Shown: positions 19,597 through 30,609 of the stretch, in pieces
Layout: the number at the start of each line of letters is the position of its first letter
How positions within the stretch are numbered: the stretch's first letter is position 1
Source: an archaeon
GTDB taxonomy: Archaea > Aenigmatarchaeota > Aenigmatarchaeia > GW2011-AR5
Length of the DNA: 64,000 nucleotides
NCBI GenBank assembly: GCA_028279825.1
Contig: JANQNA010000008.1
Span: 35,173-99,172, forward strand
Reading direction: 5' to 3'
Notes under the pieces: generated by a model
Databases searched by the model: none
What the model was told of the DNA's origin: nothing
What the model saw: only the letters and a program-made list of their open reading frames with translations
Translations under genes and position numbers: made by a program

Positions 19597-19944
19597 ATGG
19601 GCGATGATAAGATCAGGGAATTTGCTGAAAAGAAGTTTGGCAAGATAAATGTTATTGTTTCCCTTTATTCTCTGCAGATAGTCTGGGCTGACAGGAAATT
19701 CGCTGACATGGTTGATTTCAAGGAAGAAGAGCTACCCGGGAAGAACATCAGGGATATTATTGTTATAGATTATCATGTCTTTTTGCGGACACTCGGAAAA
19801 TTTCTTGGAAAAACAGCAGATGACACAAAGATTCTCAAGAGAAAGGACGGAAAAAAGATAAAAGCTTCCGGTACGGTTCATCATTTCTCCTTTGAAAAGG
19901 AAGAGTATATCTGCGTAAGGCTGAAAAAAGCAGAACATGTATAA
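19597..19944 (+). CDS. stand-alone PAS-domain protein
   Basis: IVWADRKFADMV.F.EEELPGKNI..I and LKRKDGKKI. Confidence 0.65.
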   Translation: MGDDKIREFAEKKFGKINVIVSLYSLQIVWADRKFADMVDFKEEELPGKNIRDIIVIDYHVFLRTLGKFLGKTADDTKILKRKDGKKIKASGTVHHFSFEKEEYICVRLKKAEHV

Positions 19945-19968
19945 GAAGTTTTTGTTCTTTGTACTACT

Positions 19969-20280
19969 ATGATAGAGGGATATACCGTTCCGAAAGTGCA
20001 GGATATAGTCAGGATAGACGGGCGTTGGGCTCAAGTTGTGTCACAGGGACTGGTGTTATACCTGGATGATAAGTCACATGCGTATATTGACTGGCATGAT
20101 TATATGATGCACAAAAATCACAGACGCCGAAGTGTAGGACTTGTTAGAGCATTAGAGCCAAATTGTCTTTCTGCCGTTGAAATAGACAATATTTATTATG
20201 CTTTGGGCAGGAAAAAACCGGAAACAAAACTGAGTGTTTCTGTTTTCGGAGAGTTCAAGAAAGACTTAAGCAGAAATTGA
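19969..20280 (+). CDS. hypothetical protein
   Basis: 103-aa ORF; end overlaps convergent gene. Confidence 0.45.
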   Translation: MIEGYTVPKVQDIVRIDGRWAQVVSQGLVLYLDDKSHAYIDWHDYMMHKNHRRRSVGLVRALEPNCLSAVEIDNIYYALGRKKPETKLSVSVFGEFKKDLSRN

Positions 20281-20481
20281 ATAAATGAACATGATTATGG
20301 CAATAACTAAAAAGCATGCACCAAATTTTCTGTAGGGCACGTCTTTTATTGTGCCGCTCCATTTTATGTGAAGTCCTTTGAGCGCCCAGCATTGGAAACG
20401 GTAAACTTGTTTTGGAAATATCAACACAATTAATGCTGCCACAAGAAATATAATTCCCCTTATTGCGAATACATAGTCCAT
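20266..20481 (-). CDS. small membrane protein
   Basis: 71 aa, two hydrophobic helices. Confidence 0.55.
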   Translation of the reverse strand: MDYVFAIRGIIFLVAALIVLIFPKQVYRFQCWALKGLHIKWSGTIKDVPYRKFGACFLVIAIIMFIYSISA

Positions 20482-20531
20482 AAATATACTGCTTTCATAA
20501 GGCTTAAGAGTGTATCTGAGACTGGCTTAGC

Positions 20532-20810
20532 ATGAGAACAGCTAGAGGATTCGAGTTAATGGCTATCAATATAGAAGAACATGTAGGAAACTATATGCCT
20601 GGACACTGGCGTGAGACAATTCGTACGGTTACTTCGGTTCCTTTGATTACTGAAGATAAGGCAAGGAGACTAGTTGAGGCGTATCAAAATGGAACTCTTC
20701 CTGTAGAGGTAAAAACATTAACGGATAATCCCAATGTGGCTGCTGGATTTTATGATTTCTTTTGGAAAACTAAACTTGAACCATATTTAGCAGAAGTCAA
20801 ATTACCTTAA
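20532..20810 (+). CDS. hypothetical protein
   Basis: 92-aa ORF. Confidence 0.45.
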   Translation: MRTARGFELMAINIEEHVGNYMPGHWRETIRTVTSVPLITEDKARRLVEAYQNGTLPVEVKTLTDNPNVAAGFYDFFWKTKLEPYLAEVKLP

Positions 20811-20815
20811 TGTAT

Positions 20816-21205
20816 CTATTCCTTCTTCAGATCCGCAAAGATCTCGTGTATGTTTCCATCAGGATCTGCGAAGAATGCTGTTCTCTGACCCCACGGCATA
20901 TCTTCTGGTTCCTTTATTGGTGTTGCACCTTTTGACGTAATTTCTTCATATACCTTGTTCATATCTTCAAGAGGTACAGAAAAAGCCAGTTCGAATGACT
21001 GTCCTTTCTTATCTTCTAGGAAGCTTTCGTGATTTGTTGCCTCGTTCAAGACTTTATGTGTAGACATTTCAAAGCGCACGCCATTGTTTTCAAATTCCAC
21101 GAAGTTCTCTAGCTGCATCTTTATCTTGAAACCCATGACATCTCTATAGAACTGTAGCATTTCATCAAATCTTGATGTTATGATGCTGATAACACTAATG
21201 TTCAT
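20816..21205 (-). CDS. VOC/glyoxalase family protein
   Basis: FYRDVMGF, PEDMPWGQRTAFFADPDGNIHEI. Confidence 0.9.
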   Translation of the reverse strand: MNISVISIITSRFDEMLQFYRDVMGFKIKMQLENFVEFENNGVRFEMSTHKVLNEATNHESFLEDKKGQSFELAFSVPLEDMNKVYEEITSKGATPIKEPEDMPWGQRTAFFADPDGNIHEIFADLKKE

Positions 21206-21279
21206 GATCTTAGTTGGTTCAAGTCTTTAAAAATAGCTATCGCAGTGCTGCTTAAGTAAGTTTTTATCAATCCCGTTAC

Positions 21280-21822
21280 ATGGAACTGGAAGAATATCTG
21301 AAGGCACTACGGGAATGTCCAGATGACCAGTTAACTGATGAATTAGGTATTCATGACAATTGGCCTATTCTTTTTGATGCGGATTTGGATTCTGTCGTTG
21401 GGTATCTGAGTCAACACAGTAATTATAAACATGTGGAGGAAGGGAAAGGCCACCGAGGAGATGTGGTTCATGTATTTTATTTCGTCCCGGGCACAGTTGA
21501 ACTGGATGTTTTTGGTAGTATTCGGGCTATAGATACAACATACTTCGGTCGTGATGAAGGCAAAAAAGGGATTGAAACTAGGAGGCAAATGAAAGACTAT
21601 AAAACGACGATCATGTTACATCCATATCAGGAAGTAGTAGTTGAAGGAATTGGCTGGCGGCGAGTGGTGGCGACAGTAGTAGAAGGTATCGGGGAATTGG
21701 CAATTAGAGAAAAAATTCCTATATGTATGCCAAGCACAATCGGCTGGAAATATCTAAAGACTAGAGAACGTGAGTATTCAAGAATTGTTTATCATGTTCC
21801 TGTTGTGTCTGCTTCATCGTAG
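21280..21822 (+). CDS. hypothetical protein
   Basis: 180-aa ORF; end overlaps ppdK end. Confidence 0.55.
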   Translation: MELEEYLKALRECPDDQLTDELGIHDNWPILFDADLDSVVGYLSQHSNYKHVEEGKGHRGDVVHVFYFVPGTVELDVFGSIRAIDTTYFGRDEGKKGIETRRQMKDYKTTIMLHPYQEVVVEGIGWRRVVATVVEGIGELAIREKIPICMPSTIGWKYLKTREREYSRIVYHVPVVSASS

Positions 21823-24477
21823 AGCAGCTTGAGCTGCTGCCAATCTTGCTATAGGAACTCTGAAAGGACTGCAGCTTACGTAATCTTGACCGATACGGTG
21901 ACAGAACTCGACACTCTTTGGGTCACCGCCGTGTTCACCACAGATACCGATCTTCAAGTTAGGCCGGACAGCCCGTCCTTTTGCTACGCATATTTTCATC
22001 AGTTCACCAACACCAGTCTGGTCTACTGTCTGGAATGGATCATTAGCTAGAATGCCCGTATCCTGGTACATGCCCAAGAATTTTCCGGAATCGTCCCTGG
22101 ACAGACCCATTGTCATCTGTGTTAAATCATTTGTACCAAAAGAGAAGAATTCAGCAGTCTTTGCAACCTCATCTGCTGTTATTGCCGCTCTTGGAATTTC
22201 AATCATTGTTCCTACAAGATATTTTAGTTTAATATTATCATTTTCTTTTATAACTTCTTCTGCAGCTTTTCTTACAACTGTTTCCTGGTGCTCAAATTCT
22301 GTAACTGTTGAAATTAGCGGTACCATGATTTCCGGCTCTACCGGAATGCCCTCTTTGGTAACATTAACTGCGGCTTCTATGATTGCGCGCGCCTGCATTT
22401 CTGTAATTTCCGGGTAGGAAATACCTAAACGACAACCACGGTGTCCAAGCATCGGATTGAATTCGTGAAGATCTCTAACTCGCGATTTTATCTTGTCGTG
22501 ATGAACATTAAGGCCTTCGGCCATTTCTTTCTGATCTTTCTCCTCATGTGGAAGAAACTCGTGCAGAGGAGGATCTAACAATCTGATTGTGACAGGAAAT
22601 CCGTTCATTGCGCGAAATAGACCCTCAAAGTCTGCTCGCTGTAAAGGCAGTAACTTGTCCAAAGCGGCCCTACGGGCCTCTTCGCTCTCAGCCAGTATCA
22701 TTTCCCTCATCGGGCCAATCTTGCCTTCTCCGAAGAACATGTGTTCCGTCCTGCACAACCCAATACCTTGCGCACCGAATGCTATTGCATTTGTTGCCTG
22801 ATCAGGCTGATCTGCATTTGTACGGATTTTTAGTTTTCTGTACCTGTCAGCTGCTTTCATGATTTTATCATAATCCTGGAATGCTTCAGACTCTTTAGGA
22901 TCCATTGTTTTTTCTAAAAGTACCTGAATGATTTCTGACGGCTTTGTTTCAAGTTCTCCGTCCATTATCTCACCGGTTGTTCCGTCCAGAGAAATCCAGT
23001 CACCTTCTTTTACTGTTTTTCCTTTTACAGTCATTCTTTTATCAGCGTAGCTGATATCAAGATCTGCGCATCCTGCTACGCATACTTTACCCATCTGTCT
23101 TGCTACAAGAGCTGCATGGCTTGTCATACCGCCGCGAGCTGTTAATATTCCTTTGGCTGCTTTCATACCCTTAATGTCCTCAGGTGAAGTTTCTATACGT
23201 GTAAGAATGACGCTCTCTCCGCGCTTTGCCCATGATTCGGCTTCTGGAGCTGAGAAAACAACTCTTCCGGTAGCTGCACCAGGACCTGCGTTCAATCCTT
23301 TGGCCAGGAGATTTCCTTCTTTGAGTGATTTTTCTTTCTGGTTGTGATCGAAGATAGGCTGTAGCAGATGATTCAGCTGTTCAGGATCTAATCTCAACAG
23401 AGCCTGTTTGTCTGTTATTAAATTCTCATCAATCATGTCAGCTGCGATCTTCATTGCCGCGAAAGCTGTACGTTTACCTACACGACACTGCAGCATCCAT
23501 AGTTTGTCATTCTGTATAGTGAATTCAATATCAAGCATGTCCTTGTAGTGGCTTTCCAGCTTTTTCCTTATCTTTTCAAGCTCCTGATAGATCTGTGGAT
23601 TCTCTGTCTTCATCTTTTCCATTGGCAGAGGCGTACGAATACCAGCTACAACGTCTTCGCCCTGCGCGTTCATCAGATATTCCCCGTAGAAAATATTTTC
23701 ACCGGTTGCCGGGTCTCTTGTAAAGGCAACGCCTGTACCTGAATCAGCGCCCATGTTACCATAAGTCATGACTTGTATGTTTACAGCCGTTCCCCAGTCT
23801 GCAGGAATATCATACATTTTTCGATAAGCAATAGCTCTCTCATTGTTCCAAGAAGAAAAAACAGCCCCAACGGCTCCCCATAGCTGGTCCAGCGGATCTT
23901 CCGGGAACTTCTTGCCGTTCTTTTCCACTTCTTTCTTGTATTCATCAACAAGCTGTTTCAGGTCTGCAGCAGTGAGATCCGTATCAGACTTGGCGCCAAG
24001 CTTCTTTTTCTTCTCTTCCAGAAGATGCTCCAGCTCTACTCCCAGAACAACGTCAGCATACATCTGGACAAAACGCCTATAGGAATCGTAGACAAACCTT
24101 GGATTTGACGTCTTTTCTGCAAGACCTACGGCCACCTTATCGTTCATACCAAGATTAAGTATTGTATCCATCATGCCCGGCATGCTGGCACGTGCGCCAC
24201 TTCTTACTGATACAAGTAACGGGTTCTTTGGGTTGCCGAACTGGGCACCCATTTTCTTCTCCAATGCTTCTATATTGCTTGTTATTTCTTCTTCGAGAGA
24301 AGGAGGATATGTTTCTTTATTCTGATAGTAATGAGTACACACCTGTGTTGTGATTGTAAAACCGGGAGGAACGGGAAGGCCAATGTTGGTCATTTCTGCC
24401 AGATTTGCACCCTTTCCGCCAAGGAGCTCCTTCATGTCCTTGTTGCCTTCTTCAAATAAATAAACGTACTTCATCAA
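21814..24477 (-). CDS. ppdK: pyruvate, phosphate dikinase
   Basis: [52 protein letters not shown]. Confidence 0.97.
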   Translation of the reverse strand: MMKYVYLFEEGNKDMKELLGGKGANLAEMTNIGLPVPPGFTITTQVCTHYYQNKETYPPSLEEEITSNIEALEKKMGAQFGNPKNPLLVSVRSGARASMPGMMDTILNLGMNDKVAVGLAEKTSNPRFVYDSYRRFVQMYADVVLGVELEHLLEEKKKKLGAKSDTDLTAADLKQLVDEYKKEVEKNGKKFPEDPLDQLWGAVGAVFSSWNNERAIAYRKMYDIPADWGTAVNIQVMTYGNMGADSGTGVAFTRDPATGENIFYGEYLMNAQGEDVVAGIRTPLPMEKMKTENPQIYQELEKIRKKLESHYKDMLDIEFTIQNDKLWMLQCRVGKRTAFAAMKIAADMIDENLITDKQALLRLDPEQLNHLLQPIFDHNQKEKSLKEGNLLAKGLNAGPGAATGRVVFSAPEAESWAKRGESVILTRIETSPEDIKGMKAAKGILTARGGMTSHAALVARQMGKVCVAGCADLDISYADKRMTVKGKTVKEGDWISLDGTTGEIMDGELETKPSEIIQVLLEKTMDPKESEAFQDYDKIMKAADRYRKLKIRTNADQPDQATNAIAFGAQGIGLCRTEHMFFGEGKIGPMREMILAESEEARRAALDKLLPLQRADFEGLFRAMNGFPVTIRLLDPPLHEFLPHEEKDQKEMAEGLNVHHDKIKSRVRDLHEFNPMLGHRGCRLGISYPEITEMQARAIIEAAVNVTKEGIPVEPEIMVPLISTVTEFEHQETVVRKAAEEVIKENDNIKLKYLVGTMIEIPRAAITADEVAKTAEFFSFGTNDLTQMTMGLSRDDSGKFLGMYQDTGILANDPFQTVDQTGVGELMKICVAKGRAVRPNLKIGICGEHGGDPKSVEFCHRIGQDYVSCSPFRVPIARLAAAQAALR

Positions 24478-24593
24478 CGAAGGTTGCTCAAAAACACATA
24501 AAAAGATGTCGACATTCAGCCAGTTTATATAGGTTATTACAGTGCCTAATTCCGTATTTAAATGCAGAAAATAAGGGATTTTCAGGTGATAGA

Positions 24594-24764
24594 ATGGGTT
24601 TAGTAGTAACTTCAGCGGTAAAAGATGTCATTAAGAAAGCTGAGATGAACACTGCAGGAGACCTTGCAACAGCACTTGACCAGAAGGTTGAGGCACTATT
24701 GCAGGCGGCAGTTGCTCGTGCAAAAAGTAATGACAGAAAGACAGTAAGAGCCGGGGATTTGTAA
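24594..24764 (+). CDS. short histone-fold protein (DUF1931/face-to-face-like)
   Basis: [11 protein letters not shown]...[15 protein letters not shown]; AGGTGA RBS; 56 aa. Confidence 0.8.
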   Translation: MGLVVTSAVKDVIKKAEMNTAGDLATALDQKVEALLQAAVARAKSNDRKTVRAGDL

Positions 24765-24817
24765 ACCGGCAAACTGATGGACGTTCTTCGAACGTCTTAC
24801 GGTTCTTTTTTCTTTTT
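24764..24817 (+). terminator. hairpin plus T-tract after histone gene
   Basis: GACGTTC-TTC-GAACGTC stem followed by TTCTTTTTTCTTTTT. Confidence 0.5.
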
Positions 24818-24820
24818 ATT

Positions 24821-25156
24821 CTAAAAATCTTCTTCCATGGCTATTTCGTTAATAAGTTCCTGGCTTATGGTTTTTCCAAGCTTTTCTGAAATATATTGCG
24901 GTGCGTCTTCACGCAGCGTCAGAGATGCCAGCCTTAAGGGTCCTCCGTTTTCACCACATCCATAGCAAACAAATCTGTTCCTTTTTGGACGAATGTAAAA
25001 TGATGGATGTTTTTCTCTATGAAACGGACAAAGTCTTTTGTAGTTTGGTCCATGTTTTTGCTTTACGGGAGGTCCATGACCATCTTTATAATCAGCGAGA
25101 ACATCAAATGCAACATCGAGAACCAGTATATTCAGTAAATCATCCACTATTGTCAT
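24821..25156 (-). CDS. stand-alone CHC2 zinc finger (DnaG N-terminal type)
   Basis: LCPFHREKHPSF...FVCYGCGENG. Confidence 0.8.
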   Translation of the reverse strand: MTIVDDLLNILVLDVAFDVLADYKDGHGPPVKQKHGPNYKRLCPFHREKHPSFYIRPKRNRFVCYGCGENGGPLRLASLTLREDAPQYISEKLGKTISQELINEIAMEEDF

Positions 25157-25215
25157 CCAGAGGTATTGTATAAAATCTATAAAAATAGTATAGGGAAAAA
25201 GAAAAGAATAATATT

Positions 25216-25374
25216 CTATCCTCTTGATGCTAGTTTGTGTTTTTTCACAAAGGCCCAGATTTTCTTTGTCATTTCACTTGGTGTTACTGGCTTGCTGCCA
25301 AACACTTTTTCCAATGTTTCATCTCTGCCTTTGAAGTTGATCGCATATCCGCCGAAAGGTTTTTTCTTCACCAT
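25216..25374 (-). CDS. SWIB/MDM2-domain small protein
   Basis: LEKVFG..PVTPSEMTKKIWAFVKKHKL; AGGAGG RBS; 52 aa. Confidence 0.75.
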   Translation of the reverse strand: MVKKKPFGGYAINFKGRDETLEKVFGSKPVTPSEMTKKIWAFVKKHKLASRG

Positions 25375-25518
25375 GTTTTTTCCTCCTAAAGTATCAGCAT
25401 CAGTGACAGCCATGAATGCCCTAAAAAGGCTCCAAAAAGAGAACCAACAAAAACCACTGTCCCGATTGCTGTTAGATCATCCATTAATTAGTATTTCGCT
25501 TAGATCCCTTAAATAGGG

Positions 25519-25863
25519 CTATCCACGGTTGATCTTGACAGAAGAAGGAGTAATCAACAGCCACTCGTCGCCTATACCAGCTAAATCACCCTGGAATACT
25601 GTGCAGGATGTTTTGATCTTGGAAATACTGTGTTTCAGCTCGTCAAGATTGTTTTCCTTAAGCTCTTTTATCCTGGCGATAACAACGTTGCCTGTTCTTA
25701 CTTTCTTTATGATCCTGTCTGTATCTGACAGACTCTCTAATTTTTCAATAATTATCTTTACCTTTTCGGGCTGGTCGACTTCTATAGGAATTTCTGTGAA
25801 TTCCTCAACTGTACCAACCTGTTCTTTTTCCTTTTTCTTGAATACTTTTCCAAAAAGTGACAT
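25519..25863 (-). CDS. sepF: cell division protein SepF
   Basis: IIKKVRTGNVVIARI...GDLAGIGDEWLLITPSSVKI. Confidence 0.85.
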   Translation of the reverse strand: MSLFGKVFKKKEKEQVGTVEEFTEIPIEVDQPEKVKIIIEKLESLSDTDRIIKKVRTGNVVIARIKELKENNLDELKHSISKIKTSCTVFQGDLAGIGDEWLLITPSSVKINRG

Positions 25864-26004
25864 TTTGCATTTCTCCTTGCTTTTCAAGTTATAATTTTAT
25901 CTTCTTAAAGCTTATATTTCTGAAACAGCGCGTTTATGCGGTTTTTAGCGTAATTTAGACGTAATTGAGAGTATTATAAAAAGTTTGAGCGTCATTATTT
26001 CTGT

Positions 26005-26127
26005 ATGGCACTTTCAAATCTCAACGTAAAACGCAGCTTTAACCGCTGCTTAATGTGTGACGGCAGCATGGAAAAGTCTAATCTTGGCAGCATCTGCAAT
26101 ACGTGCAAGGACAAAATGAGAAAGTAA
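26005..26127 (+). CDS. 40-aa zinc-finger microprotein
   Basis: MALSNLNVKRSFNRCLMCDGSMEKSNLGSICNTCKDKMRK; two CxxC; TTATAAA box about 25-30 nt upstream. Confidence 0.6.
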   Translation: MALSNLNVKRSFNRCLMCDGSMEKSNLGSICNTCKDKMRK

Positions 26128-26202
26128 TCTAATTCTAAGGATAAGTTATATATAGAATAATCGCCAATTGTTAGAAGAATATACACATTTGGAGGTTGTG
26201 CG

Positions 26203-27849
26203 ATGAAGAAATTTCTTCTACCACTAGTTTTCGTATTGCTAGCATCCGTAGGGTTTGCGGCCACAGACACAGTGATGCTGGTATCTGATACCACTTCCGT
26301 CGATATGCTGATAGCAAAGGCGGCGAGTGAAAGAGCCGGTGTGCCCCTTCTTGTATTAGAGGACGGTATCCTGGCGGACGCGCTAAAGACAGAACTATCT
26401 GATCTTGGTGTAAAAACAGTTGTGCTCGTTGGAGGGCCTGCTGTAATTTCAGAAGCAATAGAAACAGAACTAGCTGAAGACTACGATGTCGTGCGTCTCT
26501 GGGGAAACGAGAGAACAGGAACTGCTGTAGAGGTTGCCAAGTACTTCTGGTACGGCGGTACTGACTGTGTTGTCCTTGCTGATGACACAAAAGACAGTGC
26601 TGCAGATACGGAAGTACAGACGGAAGCTTCTCTGGAAGCTTCTACGGACGGCTGTCCATTCTTCCCTGTTCCAAAGGGTAAAGTGCCGGCAGAAGTTTTA
26701 GACACAGTGAGCCAGCTTGGTGCGACAAAGGCCAAGTTTGTAGGTCTTGCTGCTTCCGGAGAGTTTAAAGCGAAATTCGGCAAACTAACACAGAAAGAGA
26801 ATGTCGGTGACTTGGACGCTATACGCGCCAATATCCAGGAAAGGATAAAGGAGAAGGCAGGAGAAGATCTCCGACTGCTTGTTGTTGCCGCTCCTAACTG
26901 GAGAGACGTTCTTGGCCATGCCGGACATTCGGGCATGCACACGGTTGTCAAGGTTGTGACATCTGCTGAACCGGTACCTCGTCTTGTAGAGTTCGTAAAC
27001 AACAATAACATAACAAATGTTGCGGTTGTCGGGAACCCTGAACTATCTGCAGAGATCGTTACTGCCTTTGAAACAGCTGGAATAAATGTAACAAAATTGT
27101 CCGGAAAACATGCAGAGGTTGCAAGAAAAGCCCTGAAGGAAACAAAGAAGAGATGGGAAGAAAGAGCAAGAGCTCTAAGAGCCATAGAAGTCAGGCTGAG
27201 AAAACATATGAAAGCAAACCTGGAAGACTATCTGGAAAGATTGAGGGATAGACTGGATCAGATAGAGGCAGAACTTGCTGATATGGCAGACACGGCTGAC
27301 GCGGATAAACTGGCAATAGTACAAGAAAAGGTTGATGCCGCTCAGACACAGCTGACTGCAATAGAGAGCTACATCGAAAACGGTAACTATCTGACAGCAC
27401 GCAAGCGTCTTGCAAGACTCACGCATAGTGTATTGTCGGCAAGATGGATGAACCGTGCTGCTCTTGGGATAGACTCAGCTGAAGATGTAATGGAGGAAGA
27501 GAACAGTCTGGAGAACACAAATTCAGATGTTTCCGGTCTTGCCAGCAGGCTGGATTCCTTGAAGGCCAAGTGTAACGCTGATGCACTGGATGATATCATT
27601 GCAGAAGCAAGGTCACTACACACTTCCATGCAGACAGCAAAGGAAGAAGGTGACTACGGCAAGGCTTCGAGACTTGCAGTGCAGCTGAGAAACACACTAA
27701 GACACGCAAATAATCTGGGAAACATTTGTGAAAAAACTGATAAAATATCCACAAATCTCATATCTGCAGTGAACCAACGTGTACAACGTGTACAGGCTCT
27801 CAAAACAAGAATAGGAGCTATGGTGGCTCAGACCCCTGACGCAACGTAA
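26203..27849 (+). CDS. secreted protein with cell-wall-binding-repeat-2-like N-domain and coiled-coil C-domain
   Basis: Signal peptide; VVLVGGPAVIS, VVRLWG.ERTGTAVEVA; GGAGGT RBS. Confidence 0.7.
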   Translation: MKKFLLPLVFVLLASVGFAATDTVMLVSDTTSVDMLIAKAASERAGVPLLVLEDGILADALKTELSDLGVKTVVLVGGPAVISEAIETELAEDYDVVRLWGNERTGTAVEVAKYFWYGGTDCVVLADDTKDSAADTEVQTEASLEASTDGCPFFPVPKGKVPAEVLDTVSQLGATKAKFVGLAASGEFKAKFGKLTQKENVGDLDAIRANIQERIKEKAGEDLRLLVVAAPNWRDVLGHAGHSGMHTVVKVVTSAEPVPRLVEFVNNNNITNVAVVGNPELSAEIVTAFETAGINVTKLSGKHAEVARKALKETKKRWEERARALRAIEVRLRKHMKANLEDYLERLRDRLDQIEAELADMADTADADKLAIVQEKVDAAQTQLTAIESYIENGNYLTARKRLARLTHSVLSARWMNRAALGIDSAEDVMEEENSLENTNSDVSGLASRLDSLKAKCNADALDDIIAEARSLHTSMQTAKEEGDYGKASRLAVQLRNTLRHANNLGNICEKTDKISTNLISAVNQRVQRVQALKTRIGAMVAQTPDAT

Positions 27850-27854
27850 GATTT

Positions 27855-28490
27855 TTACTTTTTCTTTTCCATTACCTTTTTTGTTGTCTTGAAGTGTTTT
27901 TTTGCCACATAATCAAGTATTTTGTCATCGTACTTTTTGAGAAGCGCTTTTGCCGTGTCTTCCACGTGCGTGGCACCTTTGGGAAGTTTGTAGCCTACCT
28001 CAAGAGAAAGAGCCTTCAAAGTCCTCAAAAATTCTGCCCTGGCCAATATTGATGCTGCGGCAACAGCCATATCTCTTTCAGCCCGTACTTTTTGTTCGAG
28101 CCTGATCTTCTTGCTGTGCTCGAAGAGCATGCTTTTGAGAACCTTCTCGTCGGCGAACTTGTCAACCATTATAAAATCAACCTTTTCCTTCTTTACCAGA
28201 TTTTCTATTGTCCTTGCATGGCCCCATGCCAACAGTTTGTTCAGGTTCTTGAACTTTTTATGAAGAATGTTGTATTTTTCCGGCGAAATTCTTATCACTT
28301 CCCATTTACATTGCTTCTTTATTTTCGTAGCGGTACGCATAACTGTTGAGTCCATCATATTCTTTGAATCCTTGACACCTATTTCCCTTAATTTCTTCTC
28401 CTTTTCCTTGTCAACTATGACACCCGCTATTACCAAGAAACCGAAATAGTCTCCTTTTCCCGATTCATCTACGCCGATCCATTTTACCAT
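27855..28490 (-). CDS. ribonuclease HIII-like (type 2 RNase H, catalytic domain only)
   Basis: IGVDESGKGDYFG, VKDSK, LLAWGH, VAAASILARAEF. Confidence 0.85.
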   Translation of the reverse strand: MVKWIGVDESGKGDYFGFLVIAGVIVDKEKEKKLREIGVKDSKNMMDSTVMRTATKIKKQCKWEVIRISPEKYNILHKKFKNLNKLLAWGHARTIENLVKKEKVDFIMVDKFADEKVLKSMLFEHSKKIRLEQKVRAERDMAVAAASILARAEFLRTLKALSLEVGYKLPKGATHVEDTAKALLKKYDDKILDYVAKKHFKTTKKVMEKKK

Positions 28491-28521
28491 ACTTTTATTT
28501 GAGTTTGCATCAATATATTGT

Positions 28522-28795
28522 TATGAGATTCTTCTTTCGTAAGCCGCATGAAGAGACGGCAAGAAAAAATTATGACAGGATGCACAGGAAGATAGAGGGT
28601 TTGGAAGATATAGAAAATCGTGTAGAGCTGCTTCGTATGCTGGAAAAGATAGAACCCAGTCTATTGTCCCTGGAAAACACGCACATGAATGACTACGACA
28701 AGAAAAAACTGATGAACACGGTTAATTCTGACCTGAAAAAGGTTGATCTGGTTCTTGGTGGAATAAAGGGCAGAAAGGGCAAATTCAGCATTTAA
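28522..28795 (+). CDS. hypothetical protein
   Basis: About 90-aa helical ORF divergent from RNase H. Confidence 0.55.
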
Positions 28796-28818
28796 ATATC
28801 TTTGTGTCACTATCATAT

Positions 28819-29590
28819 AATGACAACAGTAAAAGGACTAATTAAGGGGTTGTTCTTAGGCGCTGGTATACTGGGAACAGCAGCTGCAGCCGAGGCTCAG
28901 CCAAGGAAGGCTGTAAAACGTGGAGAACAGCAAAGAATATTGACGCCGGCACAGGCAAGGCATCCAAGAGCTGGTACAGGTAGAGGTAAACGTGAAACAC
29001 GCCCACCTGCGAGAGGCCGTTTTACGTATTTTCATTATCATAGAGGTGTTCCTGTAAGGGGTGATGGTTGCTATCCCCCATTTGTTCGCAGGATAGTTCC
29101 AGTACCTGCCCGTCCCGGATGGGACAGATTTACTGCTTACGGCGGTGAACCGGAACCTGTTCAGCCGGATCAGCCAAGGAAAGTAGATTTTCCCAGCGAC
29201 GATCCAGATCCAAGAAGAGTTGATCCAACACCAAGGGCGCCTGAAAAACCAACACAACGTCTTAATTATGAAGACTGTATTGCCAGAAACCAATACACAC
29301 TGGAAGGAGGCAGAATTCTTGATACTTACTTTTGGGCTATTGGCGAAGATGAACTGGCTACTTATTCAATGGGAACTGGTGGCAACATGCGTCTTGAAGT
29401 CCGAAGGGACGGTAAAACCCTTTACAAAATACCAGTGGGTGAGCTTGGAGAATATGCAACAATGGATGCGTTTTTGTCCCTGATTTCTCACCATGCAAAT
29501 ATGAACCATAATAGATATCTTGACGAAGTCATGAATTTTGATCCCCTGCCACACAATGCACAAGGTTGCCCGAGACACTTAATAGAATAA
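28819..29590 (+). CDS. secreted Pro/Arg-rich hypothetical protein
   Basis: Signal-peptide-like N-terminus (AAAEA), low-complexity middle. Confidence 0.55.
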
Positions 29591-29614
29591 AAACACTTCT
29601 GGCTAATTCTAAGT

Positions 29615-30253
29615 ATGAATGTAACAAAAGTTATACAAATCCTGAAGAAGGAATCAAAAACATTTGATAAAACTGCTTTGATGAGCGTAGCTGACGCTCG
29701 AAAGAGCGTATTTCAGGTGTTAGTTTCGTGTATAATCTCTCTTAGAACCAGGGATGAGGTTACAGGAGAAGTCTCCAAGGCTCTCTTTGCTAGAGCGCCT
29801 ACGCCACGGAAGCTCTCAAAGCTTTCTGTAAAGCAGATAGAGAAGCTGATCTATCCGTGCGGATTCTACAAAACGAAAGCGCGTAGGATAAAGGCAATAT
29901 CCCAGTATGTAGAGAAGCATGGGGTACCCAAAACAATGGAAGGGTTGCTCTCCCTAAAGGGTGTTGGAAGAAAAACGGCCAACATTGTGCTTGTTTATGG
30001 CCACGGGCAAAAATACCACATACCCGTAGACACCCACGTTCATAGAATTCCCAATCGTTTAGGCTGGATAAAGACAAAAACGCCTGAACAGACGGAAAAG
30101 GCTCTTGAGAAGATCATTCCCAGAAGGTACTGGCAGGACTTCAACAACCTCTTTGTATCGTTTGGACAGAATATCTGCAAGCCTGTTGGTCCTAAATGTG
30201 GAACTTGTCCAGTAAACAGATACTGTAAATACGAGAAAAAAACGACTTCTTAA
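29615..30253 (+). CDS. nth: endonuclease III
   Basis: HhH LKGVGRKTAN, PVDTHVHR, C-terminal CKPVGPKCGTCPVNRYC. Confidence 0.95.
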   Translation: MNVTKVIQILKKESKTFDKTALMSVADARKSVFQVLVSCIISLRTRDEVTGEVSKALFARAPTPRKLSKLSVKQIEKLIYPCGFYKTKARRIKAISQYVEKHGVPKTMEGLLSLKGVGRKTANIVLVYGHGQKYHIPVDTHVHRIPNRLGWIKTKTPEQTEKALEKIIPRRYWQDFNNLFVSFGQNICKPVGPKCGTCPVNRYCKYEKKTTS

Positions 30254-30275
30254 ATTTTTCTGCGTTTTTCTATTT

Positions 30276-30587
30276 ATGAGAAAACCAAAAGCAACTTGGG
30301 ATGATTTTTACGAACGTCTTACCTTTCATAGATATAAGACTGGCCCGAAAATGATTGAAGAATTAGAGGCAGATGGTTTTCGAACAGGCCAAATGTGTGA
30401 TGCGATGTATTACCATTTGCGTAAATGGGAGAGAGAAGGTCTTGTAGAGTCTAGAGAAAAAGCTCTAACAGAAGAACAATTAGCCAAAAGAGGTGGATAC
30501 GCCCAAAAAGAATATAAACTGACTCCAGGCTCCCCTCAGTCAAGGAGAAAAGATGCTTCTACAGACATGCTACCAGCCTTGGCTTAA
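30276..30587 (+). CDS. wHTH (PadR-like) hypothetical protein
   Basis: MYYHLRKWEREGLVES...RGG..QKEYKLT. Confidence 0.55.
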   Translation: MRKPKATWDDFYERLTFHRYKTGPKMIEELEADGFRTGQMCDAMYYHLRKWEREGLVESREKALTEEQLAKRGGYAQKEYKLTPGSPQSRRKDASTDMLPALA

Positions 30588-30609
30588 AAGAAAAAAGAAA
30601 AAATAGAGG

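Noticed and set aside
26481-27185. Long antisense ORFs (here and at 50278-50877, 57329-57892)
   Set aside because: Shadows of well-supported genes on the opposite strand with no motifs.
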